The position numbers and the translations under genes are program-made. This document shows, piece after piece, positions 54,285 through 63,998 of a stretch of DNA of 64,000 nt. The notes beneath the pieces are model-generated. The model was given only the letters and a program-made list of their open reading frames with translations. It was not told the DNA's origin and did not search any database. The stretch is from an uncultured Candidatus Saccharibacteria bacterium. GTDB taxonomy: Bacteria; Patescibacteriota; Minisyncoccia; Phycocordibacterales; UBA9973. The stretch's first letter is position 1. Every line of letters begins with the position of its first letter. The stretch is taken from positions 1,229 through 65,228 of the forward strand of contig CAYRQJ010000003.1 of the NCBI GenBank assembly GCA_964426555.1. Direction: 5' to 3'.

Positions 54285-56963
54285 TTATTTAACTTTTGGT
54301 CGCATTACAACTGTAGACTTTACACGTTTTCTTGTTTTATGTTCTACAACTAATTCCCCATTTTTTTCAGTTACTTCTACTATTGTTCCTGGTTTTATAT
54401 CATGAGCAATAATATGTGTAGCTATTGGATTTAAGATTTTAGTTTGAATTAATCTATTTAATGGTCGTGCTCCATAGTGTGGGTCGTAACCCAATTTTGC
54501 AAGTAGTTTGTATGCAGCATCGTTGATTTGTAAATCAATTCCTTTTAGAAGCAATCTATCTCTTACAACTTGAGTACGCAATGTTACAATTTCACGAATT
54601 GTCTCAGGTGACAAAACATCAAATACAATTACTTCATCTAATCTATTCAAGAATTCTGGACGGAAATGATTTTTTAATGCATCCAAGACTTTATCTTTTA
54701 CATCATTATATGCACTTGTTTGATTATGATCATTAAACCCAATAGATTCCATTTTATCTATAAACTGTGACCCTATGTTAGATGTAAGAATAATTATTGT
54801 ATTTTTAAAGTTTACTACGCGACCCTTTGCATCAGTCAGGCGGCCTTCGTCTAATACTTGTAGTAAAATATTGAATACTTCTGGATGAGCTTTTTCAACT
54901 TCGTCAAACAAAACTACAGAATAAGGACGGTGGCGCACAGCTTCGGTAAGTTGACCACTGTCATCGTGCCCTACATAGCCCGGAGGAGACCCCACAAGCT
55001 TTGATACGCTATGTCTTTCCATATATTCGCTCATATCTACACGAATAAGCGCCCTTTCGTCATTAAACATAAATTCAGCCAAAGCTTTGGTTAATTCAGT
55101 TTTACCTACACCAGTTGGACCCAGGAATATAAAAGATCCTATTGGTTTGTTTGGGTCACCAATTCCGGCACGGCTTCGTCTTACGGTTTCTGCAACTTTT
55201 TGTACAGCACTATCTTGCCCCACTACACGTTTGCGTAGTTCGTCTTCCATACGAATAAGTTTTTGCTTTTCTTCTTCTAACATGCGCATTAGTGGTATAC
55301 CAGTCCAACGGCTTACTACTTCGGCAATATCTTCCGCGGTAATTTCTTCTTTTAAGACACGACGAACTTTTTGCATCTTTTTTAGTTTCTGCATTTTTGC
55401 ATCCAGTTCTTTTTTTAGTATTGGAATTTCACCGTAACGAATTTCTGCGGCACGAGATAAATCTTGTTTTAGCTGAGCACTATCAGCTTCGTGACGCAGG
55501 GCTTCCAAATCTTTTTTAATTTGTCTTACACTAATTACAATTCCTTTTTCGTTATTCCAACGAACTTCTAAATCTTTTGTTTTACTTTTTTGAGAATTTA
55601 TTTCTTCGTCAATTATACTAATTCTGTCTTTTATCTCTTTATTTTGACCTTGTTTTGATAAATCTTTTTTTAATGCTTCTTTTTCTATTTCAAGACGCAT
55701 GATTCTACGATGAGAATCTTCTAATTCTTTTGGTTTGTTTTCTAGCGCAATCTTTAAAGAACTAGACGCTTCATCTATTAAATCTACTGCTTTGTCTGGC
55801 AAGAAACGGTTAGTAATATAGCGTGTTGAAAGATTTACTGCTGCCAAAATAGCATCATCAGTAATATGCACTCCGTGGAAAATTTCATATTTATCTTTAA
55901 GACCACGAAGAATTGCTACCGCGTCTTCTATACTTGGTTCTTCTACATAAACTGGTTGAAATCTTCTTGCTAATGCTGGGTCTTTTTCTATATGTTTTTG
56001 GTATTCTTTTATGGTTGTTGCGCCAATTGCTCGCAATTCCCCGCGTGCCAAGGCAGGCTTCAACATGTTTGAAGCGTCCAGTGATCCTTCACTGGCTCCT
56101 GCGCCTACAATGGTGTGTAATTCATCAATAAACAATATTATTTTACCTTCAGACTTTTCAACTTCTTTCATAATGTTGCGTAGTCTTTCTTCAAATTCTC
56201 CACGATATTTTGTACCAGCTAAAAGTAATCCCAAATCCAGTGAAATTATTTCTTTATCTTTCAGTGTATCTGGAATATCGCCTTTTACTATACGATTTGC
56301 AAGACCTTCTACTACTGCAGTTTTACCAGTACCGGCTTCTCCGATTAAAACTGGATTATTTTTTGTACGACGAGAAAGTATTTGCATTATGCGCATTATT
56401 TCACTGTCTCTCCCAATTACTGGATCCAGTTTATCTTCACGTGCCAGTGCATTTAAATTTCTAGCGTATTTGTCTAAATTTTTTGTCTTACTATTTTTTG
56501 AAGATACTTCATTTGGTGATTCTTTTACTTCATTCATTATTTTTAAAACAGATTCTTTTGATATTTTAAAACGGTCTAATATATGTCTTGCTTCAGATTG
56601 AACATCAAACAAAGATAAGAATAAATGTTCTACATCTACAAATTCACTTTTAGAAGCTGTTGCTACTTTACTAGAATGCTCAATAACCTGAGCCAAGTCA
56701 GGTGTAAGATAAATTTGGTATGAAGCAGACAATGTATTACCGCGTTCAGGCATTTCAATTTGTTCTAGTATTACGTCTACAAGATGCGCAGTATCAATAT
56801 CTAGCCTGTCTAGTAGTGGTAGTACTACAGAATCTTCTGTGGTTACAAGTGCCGCAAGAAGATGCAGTGATGACACGTGATTTTGACCACGTTCAATAAC
56901 AAATTCGTGTGCGTGACGAATAATTTCTTTTGCTTTTGTTGTAAAATGATTAAATGGTGGCAT
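54285..56963 (-). CDS. clpB: ATP-dependent chaperone ClpB
   Basis: 892 aa. N-domain, AAA-1 '[18 protein letters not shown]', long coiled-coil middle domain, AAA-2 '[16 protein letters not shown]', and 'GARPLNR' sensor. Confidence 0.9.
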   Translation of the reverse strand: MPPFNHFTTKAKEIIRHAHEFVIERGQNHVSSLHLLAALVTTEDSVVLPLLDRLDIDTAHLVDVILEQIEMPERGNTLSASYQIYLTPDLAQVIEHSSKVATASKSEFVDVEHLFLSLFDVQSEARHILDRFKISKESVLKIMNEVKESPNEVSSKNSKTKNLDKYARNLNALAREDKLDPVIGRDSEIMRIMQILSRRTKNNPVLIGEAGTGKTAVVEGLANRIVKGDIPDTLKDKEIISLDLGLLLAGTKYRGEFEERLRNIMKEVEKSEGKIILFIDELHTIVGAGASEGSLDASNMLKPALARGELRAIGATTIKEYQKHIEKDPALARRFQPVYVEEPSIEDAVAILRGLKDKYEIFHGVHITDDAILAAVNLSTRYITNRFLPDKAVDLIDEASSSLKIALENKPKELEDSHRRIMRLEIEKEALKKDLSKQGQNKEIKDRISIIDEEINSQKSKTKDLEVRWNNEKGIVISVRQIKKDLEALRHEADSAQLKQDLSRAAEIRYGEIPILKKELDAKMQKLKKMQKVRRVLKEEITAEDIAEVVSRWTGIPLMRMLEEEKQKLIRMEDELRKRVVGQDSAVQKVAETVRRSRAGIGDPNKPIGSFIFLGPTGVGKTELTKALAEFMFNDERALIRVDMSEYMERHSVSKLVGSPPGYVGHDDSGQLTEAVRHRPYSVVLFDEVEKAHPEVFNILLQVLDEGRLTDAKGRVVNFKNTIIILTSNIGSQFIDKMESIGFNDHNQTSAYNDVKDKVLDALKNHFRPEFLNRLDEVIVFDVLSPETIREIVTLRTQVVRDRLLLKGIDLQINDAAYKLLAKLGYDPHYGARPLNRLIQTKILNPIATHIIAHDIKPGTIVEVTEKNGELVVEHKTRKRVKSTVVMRPKVK

Positions 56964-56971
56964 ATATATTC

Positions 56972-58219
56972 TTAGTATAACACGCCCTTGTATGTTCGGG
57001 CTATATCGTTAATTGCTATTAATAATTTGTCTATATCTTTTTTATTTGTTTTATTTCCAAAGGAAATTCTAATGCTTCCTAACTGATTATACGTTTTATT
57101 TTCTTTTTTCTTACTAATTTCTTGTATTACATAAGATTCCCCAGAATCACTGGATTTACAAGCACTTTTACTGGATACTATTACCCCGCGTGCATCTAGC
57201 TCTATCGCCAATTGTTGTCCAGTTAAATAAGGAAAAGATAAATTTACAATACTGGGAATAGAATTAGTATTACTATTTTCTACAAAATACAGTTCTTTGG
57301 GTTTACTAATTTTATTTATTGAATCTAATAAATATTTTTTTAATTCAGTATATTTTTGTTCATTTTTATTTATTACTTTTTTTAAATCACTAACAGCTAA
57401 ACTAAAACCGTAAGCTAACGCATGTGGTACAGTCCCAGGTCGTAAATTCATCTCTTGATTTCCACCACCGTAAATTGACATAACATCAACATGTCTTTTT
57501 TTATAAAGTACAGCAATACCTTGGGGGCCGTTTATTTTTACACTGTTATATGACATTAGCTCTACCCCCTTTCTAATAAATGGAGAAATATCCATATGGG
57601 CAAAGGCTTGGCAAGCATCTAAATGAATATACGGATAAAATGGTTTTGCAAAAAATCTTGTACTTTTAATATTGTTAGATTGTTCTTTGTATAAATTTAT
57701 TTTTTTTATTAGATCATTTATGTTTTGCACCACACCAATTTCACTGTTTACTAAATGTATACTAATAATTACAGTGTCTTTGTTTATTAAACTAACTATT
57801 TCATTTATATTTAAAATTCCAAATTCATCGGGCGCTACATAGCTAATATTTGCCATTTTTAATTCAGATAGTAATTTACATGTTTCCAATACTGCGCTAT
57901 GTTCAATAGTTGAAGTAATTATATGAGGTAAATTTATTTCTTTTTTTGCAGTATAGACTGTTCCCATTATTGCCAGTGCTATGCTTTCTGTACCACTACT
58001 AGTAAAAAATATTTCGTCATTATGCGCATTAATATAACTGGCGATATTATTTCTAGCATTATTTAAAAAAATATTTGATTTTTCACCAGCAGAATGTGGT
58101 GACGAACTATTTGCCCAAAATAAAGCCATTGCAACACCAATTCTCTTTGCAATAGATTTGTTTATAATTCCACCCGACGCATAGTCCAAATATGTTTTTT
58201 TTGGCCCCAAAATACTCAT
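56972..58219 (-). CDS. cysteine desulfurase-family class V aminotransferase (IscS/NifS-like)
   Basis: '[13 protein letters not shown]', '[12 protein letters not shown]', PLP-Lys region '[17 protein letters not shown]', C-terminal Cys 'SSKSACKS'. Start placed at internal Met '[14 protein letters not shown]'. Confidence 0.7.
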   Translation of the reverse strand: MSILGPKKTYLDYASGGIINKSIAKRIGVAMALFWANSSSPHSAGEKSNIFLNNARNNIASYINAHNDEIFFTSSGTESIALAIMGTVYTAKKEINLPHIITSTIEHSAVLETCKLLSELKMANISYVAPDEFGILNINEIVSLINKDTVIISIHLVNSEIGVVQNINDLIKKINLYKEQSNNIKSTRFFAKPFYPYIHLDACQAFAHMDISPFIRKGVELMSYNSVKINGPQGIAVLYKKRHVDVMSIYGGGNQEMNLRPGTVPHALAYGFSLAVSDLKKVINKNEQKYTELKKYLLDSINKISKPKELYFVENSNTNSIPSIVNLSFPYLTGQQLAIELDARGVIVSSKSACKSSDSGESYVIQEISKKKENKTYNQLGSIRISFGNKTNKKDIDKLLIAINDIARTYKGVLY

Positions 58220-58284
58220 ATATTTTATACTATCATACAAAAAATATCCTTGCAAAATAAGCATTTTCATGTATAATATAAAAC

Positions 58285-58743
58285 ATGTTTTCACCCTCAT
58301 TTATAGTAATTTTAATTCTTTGTATCATAGTACTAGTACTGGCAATACATGCTTTTATTTTAGAAAGCAGACTTAAAAAACTATTTCGTGGAGAAAATGC
58401 AAAATCTCTTGAAAAAATTATTGCAGAAATGCAATCAAGACTAAATGCGCACAACGCTCATGCTGTAAAAAATTCAAGTGATTTATTAGCATTAGCTGAT
58501 AATATGAAAAGCAGAATTAGAAGCGTAAAAGCTATGAGATTTAAGCCTTTTGAAGATGCTGGTAGTAATCAAAGTTTTGCAATAGCAATAATTGACGACC
58601 ACCAAGACGGAGTTGTGCTTTCTAGTCTTTACACCAGAGATAGAATGAGTGTTTTTGCAAAACCAATTACAAAAGGTAAATCTGAATACGAATTAACTAA
58701 TGAAGAAAAAAATGTTTTAGAGTCGGCAAAACAACAAGCTTAA
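58285..58743 (+). CDS. DUF4446-family membrane-anchored protein
   Basis: 152 aa. N-terminal TM, then 'MRFKPFEDAGSNQSFAIAIIDDHQDGVVLSSLYTRDRMSVFAKPI', resembling the conserved DUF4446 core. Confidence 0.45.
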   Translation: MFSPSFIVILILCIIVLVLAIHAFILESRLKKLFRGENAKSLEKIIAEMQSRLNAHNAHAVKNSSDLLALADNMKSRIRSVKAMRFKPFEDAGSNQSFAIAIIDDHQDGVVLSSLYTRDRMSVFAKPITKGKSEYELTNEEKNVLESAKQQA

Positions 58744-58755
58744 TAAGAAAAATAT

Positions 58756-60252
58756 ATGCAAGAAAAAACTAAAATAATTTCAAAACAACCGATTGTGTCT
58801 GTAATGGGCCATGTTGACCATGGTAAATCTACCCTGCTTGATTATATTCGTAAATCTAATATTGTAGCTGGAGAATCTGGAGGAATTACTCAACACATTG
58901 CGGCTTATGAAGTAATGCACGAAACAAAAGATGGAGATTTAAAGAAAATAACATTTCTAGATACTCCGGGGCATGCGGCTTTTACTGCTATGCGTGTTCG
59001 TGGAGCTAACTGTGCTGATATAGCAATACTTGTGGTTTCAGCAGAAGATGGAGTAAAGACTCAAACACTGGAAGCATTGTCTGCAATTGTTGATAGCAAA
59101 ATTCCATATATCGTAGCTATTAATAAAATAGACAAACCCGGAGCAAATATTGAACGTACTAAAAATACATTACTTGAAAACGGAGTATATCTTGAAGGTA
59201 TGGGTGGAGATATTCCTTGGGCAGCAATTTCAGCTAAAACTGGAGAAGGAATCGACGAATTACTAGAATTAGTATTATTCGTTACAGAATTTCATGAAAT
59301 GCGTGTAGATTTAGCACGCCCCGCAAATGGTATAGTCTTAGAGTCTTTAAACGACCCAAAACGCGGTATAACTGCAACACTTATAATAAAAGAAGGTACA
59401 CTAAAAAAGGGCTCATTTATAGTATCTGGCGAAACAATAGTTACTACAAGAATGATGGAGAATTTCTTAGGTAAATCAATTACTGAAGCATATGCTTCGT
59501 CCCCTGTTACTGTAGTTGGTTTTAATACTGTTCCAGCTGTTGGGGCAGAATTTACTACATTTGATAATAAAAAAGATGCAGAAAAAGCAATAGAAAAAAA
59601 CAAAGAAGGAGCTTTGACTCAAAATAAATTTGCTGAAAAACATACAGAATTTTCAGTACCATTAATTATCAAAGCAGATGTAGTTGGTAGTATTGAAGCT
59701 ATTGAAAAAGAAGTACACAAATTAGATACCGAATTAGCTGGATTTCATATAGTTCACACTGGTGTTGGTAATATAAATGAAAATGATATGAAATTAGCTT
59801 TAGCTGATAGATCTACAATTATTGTAGGTTTTAATGTGGCTATCGACAAAAAAGCAACAGACTACAAAGACCAAATGGGTATAAATGTAGAGGTATTTGA
59901 TATTATTTATAAACTTACAGAAAAATTAGAAACTACACTGGAAGAACTACGTCCAAGAAAAGAAATAGAAAGCGTTAGTGGTGAAATGAAAATACTAAAA
60001 TGTTTTAACCAAACAAAAGACAAACAAGTAATTGGTTGTAGTGTTATTACTGGGTCAGTAAAAATTGGGTCATTTGTAAAAATAATGCGAAGAGAACATA
60101 TGATAGGCCAAGGTAAAATTACTGAGATGCAACACAATAAAAGTAAATCCAAAGAAGTATTTGAAGGTGACGAATGTGGTATTCAAGTTGAAACAAAGAT
60201 AACATTGGCTCCGGCAGATGTATTACAAGCTGTGTATAAAGAAATAAAATAA
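58756..60252 (+). CDS. infB: translation initiation factor IF-2 (short form lacking the N-terminal region)
   Basis: 498 aa. Begins directly with the G domain '[42 protein letters not shown]', 'DTPGHAAF' and 'NKIDKPGAN', followed by beta-barrel and C2 domains. Confidence 0.9.
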   Translation: MQEKTKIISKQPIVSVMGHVDHGKSTLLDYIRKSNIVAGESGGITQHIAAYEVMHETKDGDLKKITFLDTPGHAAFTAMRVRGANCADIAILVVSAEDGVKTQTLEALSAIVDSKIPYIVAINKIDKPGANIERTKNTLLENGVYLEGMGGDIPWAAISAKTGEGIDELLELVLFVTEFHEMRVDLARPANGIVLESLNDPKRGITATLIIKEGTLKKGSFIVSGETIVTTRMMENFLGKSITEAYASSPVTVVGFNTVPAVGAEFTTFDNKKDAEKAIEKNKEGALTQNKFAEKHTEFSVPLIIKADVVGSIEAIEKEVHKLDTELAGFHIVHTGVGNINENDMKLALADRSTIIVGFNVAIDKKATDYKDQMGINVEVFDIIYKLTEKLETTLEELRPRKEIESVSGEMKILKCFNQTKDKQVIGCSVITGSVKIGSFVKIMRREHMIGQGKITEMQHNKSKSKEVFEGDECGIQVETKITLAPADVLQAVYKEIK

Positions 60253-60253
60253 T

Positions 60254-60589
60254 ATGGCAGGATACAGAGGTGAACAAATACGAGAGCGAGTTCGTGAAAT
60301 AGTTTCTAAATATGTTAGTCGCGAAACTAATGGTAGAAGCATAATTAGCGTATCTACTGTGGACATAAACGACAAGGCAGACATAGCAGTAATCTTTGTA
60401 ACTGTTATTCCGGAAAGTGAGGAAAAAGCTGCAATGGATTTCCTAAAAAGAAAAAGAAGTGAAATTAGAAAAGATATAATGAAAAAATTACCAATTGCAC
60501 GCATACCCGTAATTGATTTTAAAATAGATGTCGGAGAAAAATTAGTAAGTAGAATTACTGAAATAGAACAAAATGAAAAAACCGCATAA
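60254..60589 (+). CDS. rbfA: ribosome-binding factor A
   Basis: 111 aa with a KH-like fold ('RVREIVSKYVSRE...ISVSTVDINDKADIAVIFVTV'). Adjacent to infB as in the nusA-infB-rbfA operon. Confidence 0.8.
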   Translation: MAGYRGEQIRERVREIVSKYVSRETNGRSIISVSTVDINDKADIAVIFVTVIPESEEKAAMDFLKRKRSEIRKDIMKKLPIARIPVIDFKIDVGEKLVSRITEIEQNEKTA

Positions 60590-60604
60590 TGCGGTTTTTT
60601 CATT
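60575..60604 (+). terminator. intrinsic terminator after rbfA (accgcataatgcggt + T-run)
   Basis: Near-identical to the terminator at 543-574. Confidence 0.6.
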
Positions 60605-60616
60605 TTGTCATTTAGT

Positions 60617-60688
60617 GCCTCGTGAGGGGATCGAACCCCCGACCATCTCCTTAAGAGGGAGCTGCTCTACCAGCTGAGCTAACAAGGC
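60617..60688 (-). tRNA. tRNA-Lys (anticodon CTT)
   Basis: Reverse complement: acceptor gccttgt/acgaggc, D-arm tagctcagctggtagagca, anticodon loop cTCTTaa, T-arm ggggg-ttcgatc-ccctc. Confidence 0.7.
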
Positions 60689-60789
60689 AAAACAAAAATT
60701 AAAATTTTGTTAAGTTAGTTTATAATAAATAAACATAAAAATCAATCTGCTATTGAATATTTTCTTAAAATAGTATAAAGTATATCCAT

Positions 60790-60871
60790 GCCGAGGTGGC
60801 GAAATTGGTAGACGCACTGGTCTTAGGAACCAGCTCCGCAAGGAATGGAGGTTCAAGTCCTCTCCTCGGCA
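60790..60871 (+). tRNA. tRNA-Leu (anticodon TAG)
   Basis: Acceptor gccgagg/cctcggc, anticodon stem ctggt/accag with loop cTTAGga, long variable arm, T-arm ggagg-ttcaagt-cctct. Confidence 0.8.
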
Positions 60872-60888
60872 CACGCCCTCACCCAATT

Positions 60889-60974
60889 GCCCGAGTGATG
60901 GAATGGTAGACATAGGGGACTTAAAATCCCCAGGACATAGTCCGTGTGGGTTCGAGTCCCACCTTGGGCACCAA
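60889..60974 (+). tRNA. tRNA-Leu (anticodon TAA), CCA encoded
   Basis: Acceptor gcccgag/cttgggc, anticodon stem gggga/tcccc with loop cTTAAaa, long variable arm, T-arm gtggg-ttcgagt-cccac, 3' ACCA. Confidence 0.8.
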
Positions 60975-61106
60975 GAGAGCACGCAAGGCGTGCGTGTGGA
61001 CGAGAAAACCTTTTCTATATTTATGAGCCCCGTTATGTTCTCGGGGTGAATAAATAGAAAAGGTGTACAGATCCTGTAAGGATCGAGTTCTGGTATTAAA
61101 TAACAA

Positions 61107-61178
61107 GGTCCAGTCGCCAAGTGGTAAGGCAAGAGTCTGCAAAACTCTTATACGGCGGTTCGATTCCGCCCTGGGCCT
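61107..61178 (+). tRNA. tRNA-Cys (anticodon GCA)
   Basis: Acceptor ggtccag/ctgggcc (one G-U pair), anticodon stem agagt/actct with loop cTGCAaa, T-arm ggcgg-ttcgatt-ccgcc. Confidence 0.75.
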
Positions 61179-61193
61179 CACTAAACGACAATA

Positions 61194-61224
61194 TAAAAAA
61201 CCGCTATTAATAGCGGTTTTTTAT
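61194..61224. terminator. bidirectional intrinsic terminator (accgctattaatagcggt)
   Basis: 7-bp stem with A6 and T6 flanks, between tRNA-Cys (+) and the pilin-like genes (-). Confidence 0.55.
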
Positions 61225-61231
61225 ATTTATT

Positions 61232-61480
61232 TTATGAAGCAGATTGTAATGTATTTATAAGTAAGTTTAATATTCCATAAACTCCAAACATTATAAACAA
61301 ACCAATTAATCCCCACATCATATGTTTAGTCCCCTTGTTTCTAGCTTCTTCACTGCTAGCATCCATTATCATTTCAACTACTCCCCAAATAAACACAACC
61401 AGGGCAACTATAAACATTAGTTTAATTAAAGGTTGTACAATATTTGAGACCAATGCTCCGATAATTTTGGAACTATCCAT
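61232..61480 (-). CDS. TrbC/VirB2-like pilin paralog P1 (two-helix small membrane protein)
   Basis: 82 aa. Hydrophobic helix 'LMFIVALVVFIWGVVEMIM', charged loop 'DASSEEARNKGTKH', second helix 'MMWGLIGLFIMFGVYGIL'. Same architecture as P2-P4. Confidence 0.5.
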   Translation of the reverse strand: MDSSKIIGALVSNIVQPLIKLMFIVALVVFIWGVVEMIMDASSEEARNKGTKHMMWGLIGLFIMFGVYGILNLLINTLQSAS

Positions 61481-61488
61481 AAATTAAA

Positions 61489-61890
61489 TTAACAGTTTTG
61501 ACTTTGACCAGGAACACAAGGAAGTGTTACATCAGCAGAACCAGGTGTACCAGTACCTAATGTACGACGTACGATAGCTACAAGACCCCAAATTGTTGTT
61601 ATAACGAATAGACCCAACACACCATACAAGATTGTACCTTGAGCTTTCTTTTGAGCTTCTTCCCCACCACTACGTCCTGCAATGATGAATTGCACTACAC
61701 CAATGATGATCATTAAGATAGCAAACCCTACTAAAACACGAATGAACAAGTTCATTAATGATTGACCAGTACTAAGGATTGTTCCTACTGTTTGTGGACC
61801 AGTATAAGCTGGACCAACGTTAGTAGTACCCTGAGCAAATGATGCAATAGGAGCCAAGAAACCGAAAGCAAGTATTAATAAATTACGCAT
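61489..61890 (-). CDS. TrbC/VirB2-like pilin paralog P2
   Basis: 133 aa. Signal peptide 'MRNLLILAFGFLAPIASFA', helix 'FIRVLVGFAILMIIIGVVQFIIAG', loop 'RSGGEEAQKKAQG', helix 'TILYGVLGLFVITTIWGLVAIVRRTLG'. Cys-containing C-terminal tail. Confidence 0.5.
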   Translation of the reverse strand: MRNLLILAFGFLAPIASFAQGTTNVGPAYTGPQTVGTILSTGQSLMNLFIRVLVGFAILMIIIGVVQFIIAGRSGGEEAQKKAQGTILYGVLGLFVITTIWGLVAIVRRTLGTGTPGSADVTLPCVPGQSQNC

Positions 61891-61979
61891 ATTAAATGAA
61901 AATTCTTTGTTAATAATATAGTCTTATTATACTATATATTCTTATAATCAAGCAAGGAAATAAGGTCTTTTGTGTATAA

Positions 61980-63326
61980 CTATTTTATAATAATCTTTAC
62001 TTCGTTAGTTACATAGACTTTACTAGTTGTAATATCTTTATAGTGATACATTATACAACTTTGTGTCCCGGAGCCTGGTATTGTATAAGTTGGAGAAGTA
62101 TAACCAGTATCAGCAGTTAAGCTTTTATTAGAATTTTTTTCTAAAATATTCGGTCCAATAGTTCCGTCTCCTCCAATTATTTTGCATTGCACAAATAACA
62201 CACCATTATATGGAGTAAATGATTTATTAACATCCCAACCAAATTTACCTGTTACTGATCCAGCTTTTTCGCTAATCTTACTAAATGTTAAATTAGCAGT
62301 ATAAGGATTTGGAGTAATAGCATCTTTTGTTATTAAAGGAAAATTACCACTTGTTGTACCAGAACTTGTATTATTATTTGAAGCTGGCGCTTGACTACCA
62401 GCAGTAAGTAAGCTTTTTGAAGTATAACCAAGAAATGTTTTATCAGATTTAAAGATATTCCAAAAACCACTGGTTTCCCCACTAACATTTAAAACAGTTC
62501 CATAAGCATTTTTAGTAATAATATTGGCTGATGAAGCAGTGCTTGGGTCAGATCTTAGGTTTGCACCATTTAGAGCATTTACATAGTATTGTTTCAAAGT
62601 TCCAGCTACAGGAGAATTATCCGCAGGAGGAGTTACTACTGGGTCAGTTTTAACTGAATCACCCTGAGAATTTGTTGGTTCTTTTGCTACATCTTTTTGA
62701 GTATTAGGGTCTACTACTGTTCCAGTATTTGTTCCGTTGGTAGTTGTATTACCAGTACCCACCCCGGTTGTTGTATTATTATTTAAAACTGCACCTGCTG
62801 TTGCTGTTCCGTTAGAATTATTTACATTATTAACTACCCCAGCATTGGAGCCTGAATTAACTAGATTATTATTGTTGGTAATACTGGAATTACTAACCCC
62901 ACTGTCTTTTGAAATATTTGAAACAGTATCAATAATTACATTTGAAATTAACTGTGCCCCAAGAATTATTGCGGCCCCAATCAAAGTCCAAGTTAAAGTT
63001 TTATGAGCTGTTTCGATTGCTTCTGGTTTACCACGAGCAACAACATATAAGAATCCAGAATATATAACCATTACAATAATAACTGGTATAGCAAACTCAA
63101 TCACAACTTTTAAAATTTTTGCAATTAAATCTTTGATTGTAGTAGTACAACCCGTACCACCTTTTTTGTCACAAATTGGATTATCAATTGCTACCTTTAA
63201 TTCAAAATTATCCGCCGGAGTAGCAGTTTTAGCATCTTGTGCAATTGCTAATTTAGGAAGCATTGCAAAGTTTCCAGAAAATACAACTATTAAAAACAAT
63301 AAAGATGTTAGAAAATTTTTTTTCAT
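61980..63326 (-). CDS. giant pilin-like paralog P3: TrbC/VirB2-like N-terminal module + N/T/G/S low-complexity linker + SH3b-like domain + unknown C-terminal domain
   Basis: 448 aa. Signal peptide, helix 'ILKVVIEFAIPVIIVMVIYSGFLYVVARG', loop 'KPEAIETAHKT', helix 'LTWTLIGAAIILGAQLIS'. A ~120-aa linker follows ('NNNNLVNSGSNAGVVNNVNNSNGTATAGAVLNNNTTTGVGTGNTTTNGTNTGT'), then 'YYVNALNGANLRSDPSTASSANIITKNAYGTVLNVSGETSGFWNIFKSDKTFLGYTSKSLL' (SH3_3-like). Start codon fused to the cassette C arm. Confidence 0.5.
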   Translation of the reverse strand: MKKNFLTSLLFLIVVFSGNFAMLPKLAIAQDAKTATPADNFELKVAIDNPICDKKGGTGCTTTIKDLIAKILKVVIEFAIPVIIVMVIYSGFLYVVARGKPEAIETAHKTLTWTLIGAAIILGAQLISNVIIDTVSNISKDSGVSNSSITNNNNLVNSGSNAGVVNNVNNSNGTATAGAVLNNNTTTGVGTGNTTTNGTNTGTVVDPNTQKDVAKEPTNSQGDSVKTDPVVTPPADNSPVAGTLKQYYVNALNGANLRSDPSTASSANIITKNAYGTVLNVSGETSGFWNIFKSDKTFLGYTSKSLLTAGSQAPASNNNTSSGTTSGNFPLITKDAITPNPYTANLTFSKISEKAGSVTGKFGWDVNKSFTPYNGVLFVQCKIIGGDGTIGPNILEKNSNKSLTADTGYTSPTYTIPGSGTQSCIMYHYKDITTSKVYVTNEVKIIIK

Positions 63327-63447
63327 CCCGTTAGAAGCAGATCGCGATCAAATCACGATTTTGCTTTATTATACTTATAATTTTACTTTTATTTAAATTC
63401 ATATATTTATTATCTTATCATATTGCGATCGCGGCTTCTAACGGGAC
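63324..63447. repeat. copy C of the palindromic intergenic cassette, in opposite orientation to copy B; outer end abuts the P3 start codon
   Basis: CATCCCGTTAGAAGCAGATCGCGATCAAATCACG ... AT-rich ... ATTGCGATCGCGGCTTCTAACGGGAC. The reverse complement aligns end-to-end with copy B. Confidence 0.65.
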
Positions 63448-63452
63448 AGGTT

Positions 63453-63998
63453 CTACTTTAAATTTAAAGCTTTATCTTTTAATTGTTCATAAGGCGCCGA
63501 ATCACCTGTATTTATACCAAAACCAAATGTTCTTCTTATAACAGCAACCAATGCATATACTGCTGTTATAACAAAAAAACCAATAATTCCATAAAGAATA
63601 AATTGTCTACCTTTTGCTTGAGATTCTTCACTTGCAGGATTACGAAGCATTACTGTGACTCCCCATACAAAAGAAACTGTAGCAATAGCAAAAATAAATG
63701 GCAGTATAGATACCCGAACTAAACAACCGATGTAATCTACATAACCACCAAATGTTTTATTGTTGCTAGCCACAGTACATGTATTTGTCCCAGCACTGCG
63801 CAAAATAGATGTATCATTATTAATATTACCTTCTGTTGTAATATTTACTTTTTCATTACCAACAACATTAGTATCACTGCCAACAAAATTATCCTCGGCT
63901 GTCCAGTTAACTGGACTATTTGTGTCGTCGGCTCCAAAACCACTAAACTGTGCATTTGTAAACACCGGTACAATACATATTAAAAGCATAACTAGCAC
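63453..63998 (-). CDS. TrbC/VirB2-like pilin paralog P4 (GTG/ATG start near window edge; may be slightly truncated by the window)
   Basis: 181 aa. Signal peptide 'MLVMLLICIVPVFTNA', ~90-aa Cys-containing N-terminal region, then helix 'LVRVSILPFIFAIATVSFVWGVTVML', loop 'RNPASEESQAKGRQ', helix 'FILYGIIGFFVITAVYALVAVIRRTFG' (C-terminus homologous to P2). Confidence 0.5.
   Translation of the reverse strand: MLVMLLICIVPVFTNAQFSGFGADDTNSPVNWTAEDNFVGSDTNVVGNEKVNITTEGNINNDTSILRSAGTNTCTVASNNKTFGGYVDYIGCLVRVSILPFIFAIATVSFVWGVTVMLRNPASEESQAKGRQFILYGIIGFFVITAVYALVAVIRRTFGFGINTGDSAPYEQLKDKALNLK

Noticed and set aside
60710-61181. ORFs 60710..61132 (140 aa) and 60921..61181 (86 aa) on the minus strand
   Set aside because: They lie entirely over three plus-strand tRNA genes and their spacers, so they are not coding.
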